A stretch of 64,000 nucleotides of DNA from Octopus sinensis (taxonomy: Eukaryota): assembly GCF_006345805.1 (NCBI RefSeq), contig NC_043001.1:97464001-97528000 (forward strand). The letters run 5' to 3'. The notes under the pieces are model-generated. The model saw only the letters and a program-made list of their open reading frames with translations, searched no databases and had not been told where the DNA came from. Positions within the stretch are counted from its first letter, which is position 1; every line of letters begins with the position of its first letter. Made by a program: the position numbers and the translations under genes. This document shows, piece after piece, positions 24,780 through 38,123 of the stretch.

Positions 24780-24820
24780 CCAGAGACTAATTTCTGAGTC
24801 TTTGCTCGTCATCAGTCTGG
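24780..24820 (-). ncRNA. Type-I minimal hammerhead-like motif, canonical core with GUC triplet
   Basis: Minus: CCAGA-CTGATGA-CGAGCAAAGACTCA-GAAA-TTAG-TC-TCTGG; stem I is a perfect 5 bp. Confidence 0.65.
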
Positions 24821-25769
24821 AGCTGCATGGCTTGCCAGTTGGAGATGCCTATCTAGCTGTTGTAAACATATAAGGATTCTAGTGCAATACATTAACTGAT
24901 TTCAAATATATATAAATATATGTATCCTACATACATGATGTGTATCCTACATACATGAAGTGGTGTTGAAATGTGCCTGGCTTTAAGGGTATCGTGAAAG
25001 TCCAGGTTGAAGGCATACACACACACACAACACACACACACACAACACACACACACACACACACACACACATCTTCCTGACTACTTTGCGTTAACACGGC
25101 AACAAACCGTGCCAAGCAATCTACCGCAATTGTCTTCTCTTATTTAAAATCTTCAGGAAACTTAAATGGTGACTGTGTTTCCATAGCTTAACGTAAAGCT
25201 CTATGAGAAGGTTAGTCCCTTTGCTTGCAACACAACGAAATCCAATAAATGCACTCTCGCGTCAGAGGGCAAAATTAAACCTGTGTGTGTGAGGGAGAAT
25301 TTCCCCAAGAGACGTAAGAAATACTGACGCCTCTAAATCATTATAACAAAACTACATGCGGTTGACAGCAAACATAACTGTAGGTCGATTCCTACAATGA
25401 TTTTGTTTTGCAATAGTAGTAGTAGTAGTGGTAGTAGTAATGTTACTGTTTGGATGTGTATCCTACAAATTTGGAAATGTACGATCATCTTCAACGTTCA
25501 TAGTAATAGCAATATTTTGGGTGCAACGATATTTCCGATTTTAAACCTGCGCAGATATGAGTAATTAAATATGTTATAAACATTTTACGTAAGGAGGCTG
25601 ATAAAGTCTGCAATGTGCTATAATAAATGTTAGATTTATAATGGTCATGCAGCATTTACATTACAAGAAATTATTATATTTCCTATAATATTCCTGATAT
25701 TTAATTAATACGCTGAACGTACATACATACAAACGTACATGTATAAATGCATATATACATACATAAATA

Positions 25770-26190
25770 GAAGGCGGCAAGCTGGCAGAAACGTTAGCAC
25801 ACCGGGTGAAATGCGTAGCCGTATTCCGTCTGCCGCTACGTTTTGAGTTCAAATTCCGCCGAGGTCGACTTTGCCTTTCATCCTTTCAGGGTCGATAAAT
25901 TAAGTACCAGTCACGCACTGGGGTCGATGTAATCGACTTAATCAGTCTGTCTGTCCTTGTTTGCCCCCTCTATGTTTAGCCCCTTGTCGGTAATAACGAA
26001 ACACATAATATTGTCGGTGAGCTATCAAAATGATTAGTGACATTTCGTCAGGTTTGTCCATTCTGAGTTCAAATTCCGCTAAGTTCGATTTTTCTTTTCA
26101 TCCTCCCCCGTTCGATAAATTAAGTAGCAGGTTAAGCATTGCGTTCGATGTAATCCCCCTCCACAAATTTCAGGCATCTGGCGAAAATAC
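25770..26190 (+). mobile_element. SINE family A full copy (25770-26005) followed by an older related copy (26010-26190)
   Basis: GGCGGCAAGCTGGCAGAAACGTTAGC...GAGTTCAAATTCCGCCGAGGTCGACTTTGCCTTTCATCC; second GAGTTCAAATTCCG core at about 26065. Confidence 0.85.
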
Positions 26191-29104
26191 AATTCATGAG
26201 AGTTCAGTAGGCGGTAAAAAAAAAAAACAGCTTCTATATATGGCTGAAGCGGGAAGACCAAAAATGGCGGAAAATGCCGGCGGAAAATGACATCACTAGG
26301 TGAGACAAGCTGAGACTGAGTTAGCTTCGCTGACTGACAGGTGATAGTCGTTTAGAGAATGTGTGGGCTAAGACTACGTGCTTCATTGGTCAGTTAAAGT
26401 TGAGACAGTGTCACATAACAACTTGCTGGGGCTGCCTGCTGGAGCCTAGCAGCAGGTATTTAAAGGAAAAAATTTGACAAGTCAGTCAGTCGCCGGCTGA
26501 CACTCGTTGACGCTACATCGAAGTGGCCAGGGAACAGAAGAAAGAAGAAGAAAGATGACATGCACCTAAGACCAGAGCCGAAGACACCTCCGAAAGGGGT
26601 GGGGGCCTCAAAACGGTAGAGGAGTAGGGGCTGAAACCGGACGTCGTTCCTCCTGATGATGTCTTGAGCTAACTGGATCCAATAAAGGAGCTGTTGTGGT
26701 AGCAGACCACAAAACACGGTTGAAATTCCTCCATGCAATTTCGTGTTTACTACTCCTATTGCAAAATCAGTGTAGGAATGGACCTACAGTTATGTTTGCT
26801 GTCAACCGCATGCAGTTTTGTTATAATGATTTACAGGCGTCAGTATTTCTTCCGTCTCTTGGGAATATTCTCCCTCACACACATAGGTTTGATTTTGCCT
26901 CTGACTCGATGGTGCATTTATTGGATTTCGTTGTGTTGCAAGCAAAGTGACTAACCTTCTGATGGAGTTTTACGTTGTGCTATAGAAACACAGTGACCAT
27001 TTAGGTTTCCTGAAGATTATAAATAAGAGAAGACAATTTTCTTTCCTTTTATCCAAAAACCGCAAGCATCATTAATCCTAGATTAAACTCATCATCCCTT
27101 TCCTACGTACATTCGACAAAATTTGTTCCCCTCTTAGAGACAAAAGTATCCACCCTTGTTTATTGTGTATCTCCGCTCGACGAGATGGTCAATTTACTCA
27201 GTCCTCACTCCGAAAGGCATTACTTGTATATATGTGGACCCCTCTTTCCATATTAACCAACTCTCTCACATGGGTATTAACAAAATGGCTACCTGTTTCT
27301 CTCATTCAAAGTTTCATTTCCATGCTCTACACAGTCATATCGGCTCCTACCTCCGAAGTAAATCTTCAGTTACATCTTCTTTCTAAACGCGTATCTCACC
27401 TCTGACCGAAATACTCTTCCTCGTTGAATTAAAAGCTCATAATAGTTTGCCACTCACACGTTGTTTGCATTATTGACTGTGAGACATAATAGAGAAAAGG
27501 CGAATGTTTTGTCATCCTTAATTCTCAGTAATAACTCATTAGGGGTCTTCCGCGCAAAAGCATACCATATGCCACTGATATATTCCTCATTTCGAAACAT
27601 AACAGGGATTTCGCAAGTATCGGTTCACTAGATTATTAATGTGTTGCAATTACTCCATATACATCATAACTTAACCTTTCTTCTGGTATTGAAGACAGTT
27701 CTCAACAGCGACGTTGTATATATATCTCTCTCTCGCGCGCGTTCTTTCTCTTTCCCACGCACTATCTATTTCTTCCTCTCGATCTTTATTCCATTTTAAT
27801 GAGGAATGATTATGCGTAAGTTTAGCTACAATAGAGTTTTCACTTTATGCAAATTTCTTGAAAGCAACATCACTACCATTGATGTCAACACAGCTTTCCA
27901 TCATATCAGGCCTGCAAATTCCTTATAGTAACGGCACATCGATAACCGCTATGATTCTCTAAATTTTCTGTTGACTCACTCATATCAGGTCGGACAATTA
28001 TGCTATGCTTTCATGTTGCCATTCTTTTTAAACTGGTCGCCGAAGATATCGGTTTTGTACTTCTTTCCATCCATGAATTTCCCATGCGACGTTATATTCA
28101 ACAACGCTGACTCATACTAAAAGGTTTCCTCCCTTCTTACGCACATAGCATTTTAAACTTTCTGTTATGAGCATTCATCCTTCAAATGAAATACCAAGCT
28201 CGTCATGATACCACGAGTATAGACATTTAAAGCCTCCATCTATATGAAATTATTAATCTTATCACTTTCTAAAGCACACATGTAAGCATTATACATATCT
28301 AGCAAATAATGTCACACACATCAGCAATCAGCGAGAGTCTCACGGTCATTTCAGATGTTAGGTTACCTCATTAGACGGTATTTTGATATAAGCACAGAAA
28401 TATTAGTCCATATGTAGGAAACACCTCAGCCGAATATCTTACAATGCTCTCTGCGCTATAGCTTCCCCTCAACAGGTTACAATCCAACCCTTTACTTTAC
28501 CTATTCCGGTCTTATAATGCCAGTTTTTTCCAAATTGGTTTATTTTAAGTAACCTTCAGGATAGTACATCTGACACTCTCGTATCGTCATCTTCTGACCC
28601 CAAATAACCTTTACCCACCTTCCTGACTCACACACATTATCGGCATTTTAAAACACCCACTTTGATTATAGCATTCCTACCGATTCTGATTCGATTCAGT
28701 TCAAGTGTATTATTAATGGCTTTAATATCAACGGTCACAAGAAGTCTGCGGAACGAGAAATCACTGACCCTCACACTAGATCCAACCAGCATAAAGGACA
28801 AATTCCTATGTACCTTGCACGGGTGAAGCTGTTGACGCTTAAGTAAAGAACGGCCCTGTTCATAATATATCATGTGATTACAAAGTTATTTCTTCAAGTC
28901 TAGCGTGATTTGGAGATTATATACAACGCAGGAAATTTGTATAAGCTACAAAACGAGAGTATGCATTGCGTTTCTGTCTCAAGGCATTAGGAAACAAACT
29001 GACATTAATCGATTCGACCATTAACTAACTCTGCTATCAGCTTAGTTACTAAGCTCGGCGAAAGACGCAGTTAACTAGAAACTTTCGTCCAGTCTCTATT
29101 AGGA

Positions 29105-29295
29105 CATATACGTACCAACCTACCTACATATCTACCAACCTATCTTCCTTCCTAGCTAGCTAGGACCTAGCTAGCTAGCTAGCTACCTACCTACCTACCT
29201 ACCTACATACATACATACATACATACATACATACACATACATACATACATACATACATACATACGTACCTGCATGCATACATACATACATACATT
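29105..29295. repeat. Compound tetranucleotide tract grading CTAG to CTAC to CATA
   Basis: Direct reading. Confidence 0.85.
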
Positions 29296-29619
29296 AAAAA
29301 TTATGTTACCTTACTGTAGTCCATTGAGCTTGCAAATATGAGTTGCACTTGCATTTGAAATGACCATCCTTTGTCACATTTCCTTCATATTCTATATCCT
29401 AGAGAAGTACGTTAATTGTACGCGTATATGTGGAGGGCTCATCCACTTGCTCATTTATTTCTCTAGCAAGTATGCTGTTATGTTGATCGTATCAGTAGGA
29501 AAATTCCTCGTTACAACCGACGGAGTGGATGTGTATTTTGCATTATATTTCCTACTTTTATATTACTGAGTGTGTGTGTTTCTTTCTCTAATGACCACTT
29601 TGATATCATGGACATATTC

Positions 29620-29824
29620 TCTTTTTACTTGTTTCAGTCATTTGACTGCGGCCATGCTGGAGAACCGCCTTTAGTCGAGCAAATCGACCCCGGGACTTAA
29701 TCTTTGTAAGCCCAGTACTTATTCAATCGGTCTCTTTTGCCGAACCGCTAAGTGACGGCGACGTAAACACACCAGCATCGGTTGTCAAGCAATGCTAGGG
29801 GGACAAACACAGACACACAAACAT

Positions 29825-29863
<39 letters not shown>

Positions 29864-30010
29864 TACGACGGGCTTCTTTGAGTTTCCGTCAACCAAATCC
29901 ACTCACAAGGCTTTAGTCAGCCCGAGGCTATAGTAGAAGACACTTGCCCAAGATCCCACGCATGTGATGGGTAAGCAAGCTACTTACCACACAGCCACTC
30001 TTGCGCCTAT
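29620..30010 (-). mobile_element. Bipartite SINE family D, compact copy with internal TA/CA microsatellite and LINE-like 3' tail
   Basis: Head at 29865-30010, microsatellite at 29810-29865, 3' half ending ...CCAGCATGGCCGCAGTCAAATGACTGAAACAAGTAAAA on minus. Confidence 0.8.
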
Positions 30011-30329
30011 GCGAATTTTATTTTTATGACTTGGTAAGTATCGTACAATTGATGTTTATTGAGGATTAAAAAAGTGTTTTTCATTCGTTTATGTCATTTC
30101 GTGTAGTTTTATATTTCCGATGATCACGTTCTTTTCCTTATCGACAAACGCTTGAGTTCGTACATCTATACAATTATTACCACATGCGTGGCGTATTTCT
30201 GGATATTATCCCATATGGTTGATTATGGATGTGGTTTTTATATGGCTTTTAATGATGTAATATGTGAGTTGTTGGCTCCATTAATCCGGTTGTAATGTTA
30301 TTTCATTTATTAATGCTGTGGGAATAAAG

Positions 30330-30720
30330 ATGGCGTACTGACAGAATCATTAACACGCCGAACAGAATGCTCATAGACAATATTTCTGGCATTATTTTCT
30401 ATCAATACCTCTGGCCTTATGTTCTGTGTCCACATGTCAACGAGTTTGACTTTGCTTTACATCCTCGGGGTTCCATGAATGACGTACCAGTGATTACATC
30501 GACCAGTACCACTCAGGAAAATTTCAGGCTCTGTCTCTACAGTACTAAAGATAATTGCTATGTGAATGTAGGTAACGTGCTAGTAGAATCGCTTGCGCGT
30601 CAGATACAATGCTTAGCTTTTTCAGCTCTTTATATTTTGAGTTAAAATTCCGCTACGGCAGATTTGTATTTCATATTTTTGTGATCAGTAAAAAAGAAAA
30701 AAAATACTTGTCAAATATTG
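30330..30720 (+). mobile_element. Two old SINE family A-related remnants
   Basis: Degenerate GACTTTGCTTTACATCCTCGGGG core at about 30450 and GAGTTAAAATTCCGC at about 30640. Confidence 0.5.
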
Positions 30721-30867
30721 TGGTCTATATAATTTACTAAGCCATATAATTTCCTAAGCATAAAAATTGTTGGCTCTGTTTCAAACAGTTGATGCAGTTC
30801 ATAATATGACAATGTTAAATTAGCGATGAAACTTACGAAAACTTACAATGCGGTAGTTGTTCTATAC

Positions 30868-31107
30868 CAGGGATGTCAAACTCATTTTAGTTCACAGGCC
30901 ACATCTCAACCGACATTTGATCTCAAGCGGGCGGGACCAATAAACTCATGGCATAAGAACGTATAAATACCAATTTCCAAAATGTTCCTTTGTTTTAATG
31001 TAAAAACGTACATTCTTAAAATGTTCGTGTTTAAAGAACAATGTTCCCTTACAAAACATTGAATAAGCCAAAGTGGGAACTGTTAAAGAGGACTGAGATA
31101 TTACACA

Positions 31108-31192
<85 letters not shown>

Positions 31193-32742
31193 GGGGAATT
31201 TGCTGTTTACATTCACACATTCTCTCCCTTGATTGGGACTATTGTAGAAAACTTCTCGTAGATAGCGTTCGAATTCGAGATTAAAACCTCGTGTTTGCGA
31301 ACAGAACCTCTCAACCTCACAGTTGTGCCTGCCCCGGGTCTATGTAAATGTATACTCTTTATAAATAAAAAAAAAATTCATTTTTGAAAAACATTTAAAA
31401 CCACTTATTGTTTTCTATCATTTATTTTGAATGTGTTACTGAAACTGGGCATCTTTTCTTCTTCACACGTGCATCAATATCAGTCACCAAATCCTAGGCC
31501 GCAGTCAATTTCAGTACGTCATTAAGGTGCTTATGGGTGAGTCTTCAGCGCAACTTTATGTTATTGATACTCATTACAGAGAAACCTTGTTCACAAAAGT
31601 AGATATTTCCGAACTTGCATAAAACGTTCGCAGCAAGGGCTGTTAATTGGGGGTATTTTAGCATCACGTCCTCCATTTGCAGTCTCTGCTTTCTCTTTGA
31701 ACTACGTCACAACGTCTGCTTTTTTCCCAACCATTGATGGAGCGCCATCTCTAGATACGCTGACCTCACGGTGCCAGTCCTCTCCGACTCTGTCCAGTGC
31801 TCCAGCGTGAGAGATAAAAATGTCATTTGCTGTTGTGGTGTCCATCATAGGAACCAGCTCCAAGAACTCCTCGGTGACATTTAAAGTCTCGTGTACAGCA
31901 CGGATGAATATGGCGCATTATCCGTAATGTCCGTGCTCTCATCATTTACAACCAAAAATGCAATAAATGACTCGACTGTATGCTTCAGTTGCCTGTACAA
32001 GTCAGTGATTCTCGTAAGGATAATAGTTGGCATACGTCTGTCGCTTCTGAGGGCATATAATTTCTGCAGCTTTCAGTTTGCATGTTTCGCGAACTCACCC
32101 TCACACTACGGCTTTGATGTTAATGTTATCTCTGTATCCACAACGTAGCTAGATTTTACTGTTGACTGAATGAATATCTCGGGTTTGATTTGAAGCAGTT
32201 GGTTGTTTCTTCAGATCCGCTAACAATCTATTTGCTTTCTCTCTTCTCATTTGTCCTTGAAAGTTATTAGTCGGCATGATGAGTCCCATTGTAGCGCCCA
32301 ATGTTATATTCTTTGAGCACTGAAACATTCTGGGAACACACCCAGAACACAGTTTCCCATTGATCTCCACGAATAAATAGGAAGAAGACCACTTTACTTG
32401 AAATAATTTCCTTTTTTCCTTTTTTCTCTTCTTTGACAAAAATATTTTGAATAATGTAAGACAGAGCGAAATGTTGACTTAAAAAAAGAAAACACGTTAT
32501 GAGTCATCCATTTAATTTCAAAAATATATATTCATTCCAATACAACATTTAAACGAATCTTTAAATAATTTAAGAGATATTTTCTATTAGAAACTGAATC
32601 ATTGGCATATCATCAATCATACTCAAACAGTCAAGATTCACAATAATAATTAAGTAAATATATAATATAATTCTTACACTTTTCAAAGCCATCTCGCGAG
32701 ATGGATGAAACCGTTCAGCGGGCCGTGTTCTTGACACCACTG
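30868..32742 (-). mobile_element. Internally deleted hAT (Buster/Charlie/SPIN-like) DNA transposon
   Basis: Imperfect TIRs CAGGGATGTCAA / TTGACACCACTG; 8-bp flanks TTCTATAC (30860-67) and TTCAAGAC (32743-50) match at 6/8; transposase remnants on minus. Confidence 0.85.
31422..32439 (-). pseudogene. hAT transposase remnant (GTF2IRD2/SPIN-like)
   Basis: MSKKRK...FQVKWSSSYLFVEING (BED-finger region), DESTDITD, EEFLELVPMMDTTTA, RDGAPSMVGKK, then a jump to the C-terminal FGNIYFCEQGFSVMS...RLTHKHLNDVLKL; stops and frameshifts. Confidence 0.85.
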
Positions 32743-32854
32743 TTCAAGACATTTACATTCTGACACTGCGGTCAACTTTTTTTCTTTGTTTTTCCTTCCG
32801 AACCCAATAAAATAAATAATAGGGACAATGGTATCTATTAAACTCTGCCTTTAA

Positions 32855-33975
32855 TATTGCCGGCGCTATATAAGGTGATGAACTAGCATACTCGTTATCA
32901 TGCCAGGCAAGATGATTACCAGCGTTTCATCTACTTTTAAGGTTCCGATTCGCTAATATCCGCTTTGTCTTTCATCCTTTCGGTGTCAATAAAATAAGTA
33001 CCAGTTGAGTATTAGAGTCAATTTAATCGATTTAGCTCCACCTCCGAAGTTTCTGGGTTTCTGCTAAATTTGAAGCCAATATTCTTTTCTACACTAGGTA
33101 CAATGCCAGAAATGTTTGAGGAGGGGGCCAGTGGATTAGATCGACCCAAGTACACAACTGGTACTTAGTTTATCAACTCCGAAACGATGAAAAGTAACTT
33201 CGACCCCGGTAAATTTGAACTCAGAACATAAAGACAGGCGAAAAACCCGCTAAGCATTTCGCCCGGGCTGGTAACGTTTCTGCCAGCTCGCCGCTTTTAA
33301 AACATAAATTTACTTCTTTATTGCCCACTGGCGGCTAAACATAGAGGGGACAAAGTAGGACAGACAAAGTGATTAAGTCGATTACTTTGACCCCAATGCG
33401 TAACTGGTATTTATTTAATTAACCCCGAAAGAATGAAAGGTAAATTCGACCTCAGAGGAATTTGAACTGAACTCAGAATATAACGGCAGAAAAAATACTG
33501 CTTGGCATTTTACCCGGCGTGCTAAAGTTTCTTATTTCTTTAATGCCCACAAGGGGCTAAACATAGAGGGGACAAACAAGGACAGACAAACGGATTAAGT
33601 AGATTACATCGACCACACTGCGTAACTGGTACTTAATTTATCGACCCCGAAAAGACGAAAGGCAAATCGACCACGGCGGAATTTAAACTCAGAACGTAAT
33701 GGTAGACGAAATACGCTAAGCATTTCGCCGGCGTGCTAACGTTTCTACCAGCTCGCTGCCTTTAAAATATAAATTTATTTATTTATTGCCCACAAGGGGC
33801 TAAAAATAGAGGGAACAAAGGGATTAAGCCGATTACTTCGATCCCACTGCGTAACTGGTTCTTATTTAACCAACCCCGAAAGAATGAAAGTGAAAGTCGT
33901 CCTCAGTGGAATTTGAACTCAGATACTGCTAAGCATTTGGCCCGGCGTGGTAACGTTTTTGCCAGCTCGCTGCCA
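32855..33975. mobile_element. Cluster of five SINE family A-related copies (one +, four - in tandem)
   Basis: Repeated CCCCGAAAG(A/G)ATGAAAG core at about 33180, 33425, 33650 and 33875 on minus; old + copy at 32855-33090. Confidence 0.85.
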
Positions 33976-34151
33976 GAGTTTGAAACCAATGTTATCATTA
34001 TTATGCTTCAATCAGAAACCACTATTACACATCATACTGATTGCCCTTCACAGTTAGTCTTTGCTCTGCCTAGTCATGGCGTAAGACAACTGCATATGTG
34101 GGAAAACACTGTATATATATATTGCCCTAAATATAGATACATTACTAAATT

Positions 34152-34282
34152 ACCTTCTACCGGAGCCGCGTGGAGCTTAGTTGTTTCGCTCATAGACACA
34201 CACATTGCCCGGTCCGAGATACGAACCCGCGATCCCTCGACCGCGAATCCGCTGCTCTAACCATTAGGTCATGTGCCTCCAC
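34152..34282 (-). mobile_element. SINE family B head fragment
   Basis: Nearly collinear with 60-190. Confidence 0.75.
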
Positions 34283-35781
34283 ATGAGATGATAATGGGAA
34301 ATAGGCGAAAACTAGGTAATCAAATGCTAAAAATTAAAAGGAAGGAATTTAGTATTTATGATCATTTTAGTTGTGTAGTAGTGTGGTGATAATCATTTTG
34401 CAAATAAATAAATGAAACTTACAGTAATTGAAACCCACGCCGATAACCTGGAAGTCTATACCATATACTCCAATTTTACCTCTATATTAAATGTAATAAT
34501 GTCAAATGTGTCATGCAATCAATCTCTTAGTAACGCCAATTTCATTTTCCATGGGCGTATTTCCCAATATTAAATTATTAAAAACACGTATTTCTATCCT
34601 ATTATATTATCACAATACTTATTGAAAGACATTTCCTTGTTGCATAAACCACACTGAACAATTTATTATAAACCCCTTCTGGTCTTCTAATTTAAACGTA
34701 AATTTAACGAGATTCCTGCAGTTACGTTTCTCAATTACCATTCTAGTATCGGTTAATCCACAGAGTTTAAAATTTACACATTTTTGCCTGCAAGTAAAAT
34801 ATAATGTAGAATTACTTTGGTCGCCAAGTACGTATTACATGCTGTTGTTAATATTGTATCGGTGGTTAATTAAGTAACTACTCAGGGATGCTGGATACAT
34901 ACTTCACTTAATAACTTTATCGCAAAGCAACGGGGAACGCATTGCGCTGTCGCTACACCTGCTAAATATAGCAGCCAGATCACACCGACTTCATAATCTA
35001 CTTCTCAGTAAGCGTAGGGACAGGAATAATGGCAGAAAATCCAGAAGAAATATTTATACGTTATAGGTAATAAACACACCCATTATCTCGTATGTGATAA
35101 AATATGTATTGATAATATAGAGGAAATAGATTTCCACAAAGTAGTTGCATCCATTTGAAAAGTGTCTGGCAAACATATTCGTAGATATTTTTAAATTTCA
35201 AAAGCAATCAGCAGTTCCTACATGTATAAAAAAATTATACATTATTTGCTAAAATAGTAATAAAAGTTAACAAATAATAATGTCAATGGTGCTGCGTGTA
35301 AAACTTTGAATATTTAATTACTATTTTGGTATTCAGCAATATACCTTAAGAGAAGGGAAAACGAGCGTATGAACGGATATATTTAAAAAGATCTGTAGAG
35401 AATAACTAGATTTTACTGCGTCACATGATTAAAAAGTAACTTCTTTTGGTTTAATTTGCCATCAAAGAACACGATAACGTTTTAGACGTATTTTATATTT
35501 TCAATGTTTTTGTAAAATTTGGATACTAATGTCTCAAGATAGCTAGCTATGAGGTAGTCACGTTGTATCTACGAATAAGTCCAAAACCATTTCAAAAAGA
35601 AATTTGTACATATTGAGAGAGAAATAGGAGATTGAAAAGAAAAATGAAGTAAACAGAAAACAAATATGATATATGAAATTACATAAATATAGATAATTGT
35701 CAAAGCCATCATTGAGCTTTCATGAATGCTTGGTAAAAGTGTCAATATGTAAAAGTTTAAAGTCGAATGCAACAGCAACAA

Positions 35782-36175
35782 GTGGAGGCGCAATGGCCCA
35801 GTGGTTAGGGCAGTGGAATTCGTGGTCGGAGGATCGCAGTTTCGATTCCCAGACCGGGCGTTGTGTGTGTTTATTGGGCGAAAATACCTAAAGCTCCACG
35901 AGGATCCGGCAGGGGGTGGGTGGCGGCTCCCGTTGTGCTCTTTCGCTCCAACTTTCTCTCACTCTTCCTTCCTGTTTCTTGTCCCCGACTTCCTACGCAA
36001 CCGCTGAGCCTGGATGCGCATTCATCCACCCGTCGATGCTTTCAGTGTCAGGGGTTGACCTGCTCTCTCTTCTGCGGGTCTTACGAATAGCAAAGGACCA
36101 GGTTTCGGACTTCTCCCATCGTGTGAGCTCTGAGATGAAGACCGTTCGCTCAACAGCAAAAGCAACGGCAGCAAA
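35782..36175 (+). mobile_element. SINE family B variant, full length
   Basis: GTGGAGGCGCAATGGCCCAGTGGTTAGGGCAG...GTTTCGATTCCCAGACCGGGCG head; ends in a CAGCAAAAGCAAC-type tail. Confidence 0.8.
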
Positions 36176-36207
36176 AATACTTTACTACTGTTGTGACTCA
36201 AAGATGC

Positions 36208-36478
36208 AATTAAATAAATAAATAAATAACTGCCCCTTTTTAAAGCCTAGCCAGGCTAGTGGGTCTAGTCTTCCGGTTTCCGTGGCGTATGTGTTCCCCA
36301 GCTGGATGCGACGCCAGTCCATCGCAACGTTACGCATTTTTGCCAACTGAGTGGACTGGAGCAACGTGAAATCAAGTGTTTTGCTCAAGAACACAACGCG
36401 TCGCCTGGTCCAGGAATCGAAACCACAATCTTACGATCATGATGCTGACGCTGTAGCCACTAAGCCACGCGCCTACAC
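36208..36478 (-). mobile_element. SINE family C with (TTTA)n tail
   Basis: Minus head GTGTAGGCGCGTGGCTTAGTGGCTAC...GGTTTCGATTCCTGGACC; (AAAT)n at 36208-36228. Confidence 0.8.
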
Positions 36479-37129
36479 AAAGATACAATTGCCCGAAACA
36501 AATAGAAATTGAGAGTTTTGTAGCTGGCGTGTGTACCTCCTTGGCCGACGATTTATTCAGGAAAAGATGAAGAACGTATATGACATACTTTGGTTGCTCC
36601 CGATGGTGTGAGAGAGGGAGAGAGAGTTGGAGTGGAGGAAGGAGAGAACAATTAAGCCTCAGAATCGAAATTGAGTAAGAAAGCACTTCTTTTACAAATC
36701 TTCTACAAACAGTCAGGTGCTGTTAGTTAGAATTTCATTATGAGGGTATGTTAAATAAGATTAAACATATAATATTCGGTTATGATGCAATTTAGGTGGA
36801 AGAAAGTGCAGAGATCGCAGGGAAGGGCACGAGTACAATCGAATGTGCGTAGTTACATTTGTAATAGAATGCAGTTAAAAGGAGAGCGCAGTGTAGAAAA
36901 CCCAGTGAATTATTTTGTTATGGGTCTGTATGCCATTTACCGTCTCATACTACTCATCTGATCATTGAATTTTCCATCTGGTGTATGTGAATTGAGAATT
37001 ATTTTATTCTTTTATTGTTTTACTTGTTTTGACTCAATTGACTACGCCCATGCTGGAGCGCCGCCTTTAGTCGAAAAAATCGAATATGCATGTATATAAA
37101 TCCAATAAATTTGTTTTATAATTCTCTTG

Positions 37130-37990
37130 ATTTTTCTCTCCATTCTTGACAAACAGCTATACACATTAGGGATTTCTTTTCCTTTAGCTTCGCATTCAGT
37201 TCATATCTGCTTCCTGACATGGTGTATTATTTATGTATTTTCTTTTCTGTTTCTAAGAAAAACCTTTGCAATTTTGGGGAAATGTTACATCGATTAGGAA
37301 ACATTCTTTCCCTCATAACATTTCACAAGGATATTTTGTTGAGAACTATTTATCCCGCTGTTCATGTGTGATGGCATATCCTGGAATATAATTACGTTGT
37401 CATACCTAAGAAATTCATTTCTCTACGTATTCCATAATGCTGGCTTGATTTCCAGTTTATGCTACTCCAAAATCTCTAATGCCTATGTCTACCTTAGACA
37501 AAACTGGACATCTGCTATCAATTAATTGTCTCTTCACTATCTCTGTACTTCAAAAGCAATGTCAAATCAATCACAGTTTAGTCTTTTCAGTCTTTTCAGT
37601 TATTTAACCTGAAGAACATTTTATTGGCACCCATTATCATAATTACTAAACCAATGTTTATCAGACAATTAATCCTATGTAACAAATCTTATCGGCTTTA
37701 TTCACTTCCTTCATTTAGGTTTCTACTTTGTATGTTTTGGTCCCCATGAAGACGGAAACCGTCATTTGTCTTGTCCGTGTGCCCTACCTGTTTTATTAAT
37801 TTTTCTGCAATTATTTCCTAAATATTTTTGCAATGTTCCGTTCGATGTTGCATAATAGTTTTGTAGTTACATAATTCACTTCTTTGCTGCATTTGCCGTA
37901 AATATAATTCTCTACCAGGAATTATTGGCGATACATTCTAAATGTAGTTACTTTGCTAGCCGTTTACACTTGCCATATTCATTTAACTTC
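37130..37990 (-). mobile_element. Old R4/Dong-like LINE remnant
   Basis: Minus frames give GFRLHGDQNIQSRN, CPVLSKV...INWKSSQHYGI and IIFQDMPSH...KECFLIDVTFP; the last two are collinear with the 10157-10679 protein; heavily decayed. Confidence 0.55.
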
Positions 37991-38088
37991 CAATTAACAA
38001 AATCGTGATTAAAATTGTTACCGAGGCAGCTAGGGTATTAATGCGTATTACCTTATTTTGTTAATGTTATTCTATCAGTTTACTACTT

Positions 38089-38123
<35 letters not shown>

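Noticed and set aside
27030-28900. Possible L1/Tx1-like LINE remnant on minus
   Set aside because: Only purine-rich strand bias and weak motif hints (DGGFK, GNETLN); no convincing RT motif by eye. Needs a frameshift-aware HMM search.
35782-35860. tRNA genes (also about 110-190, 34200-34282, 54102-54180)
   Set aside because: A/B-box heads run directly into shared SINE bodies and lack a complete acceptor stem.
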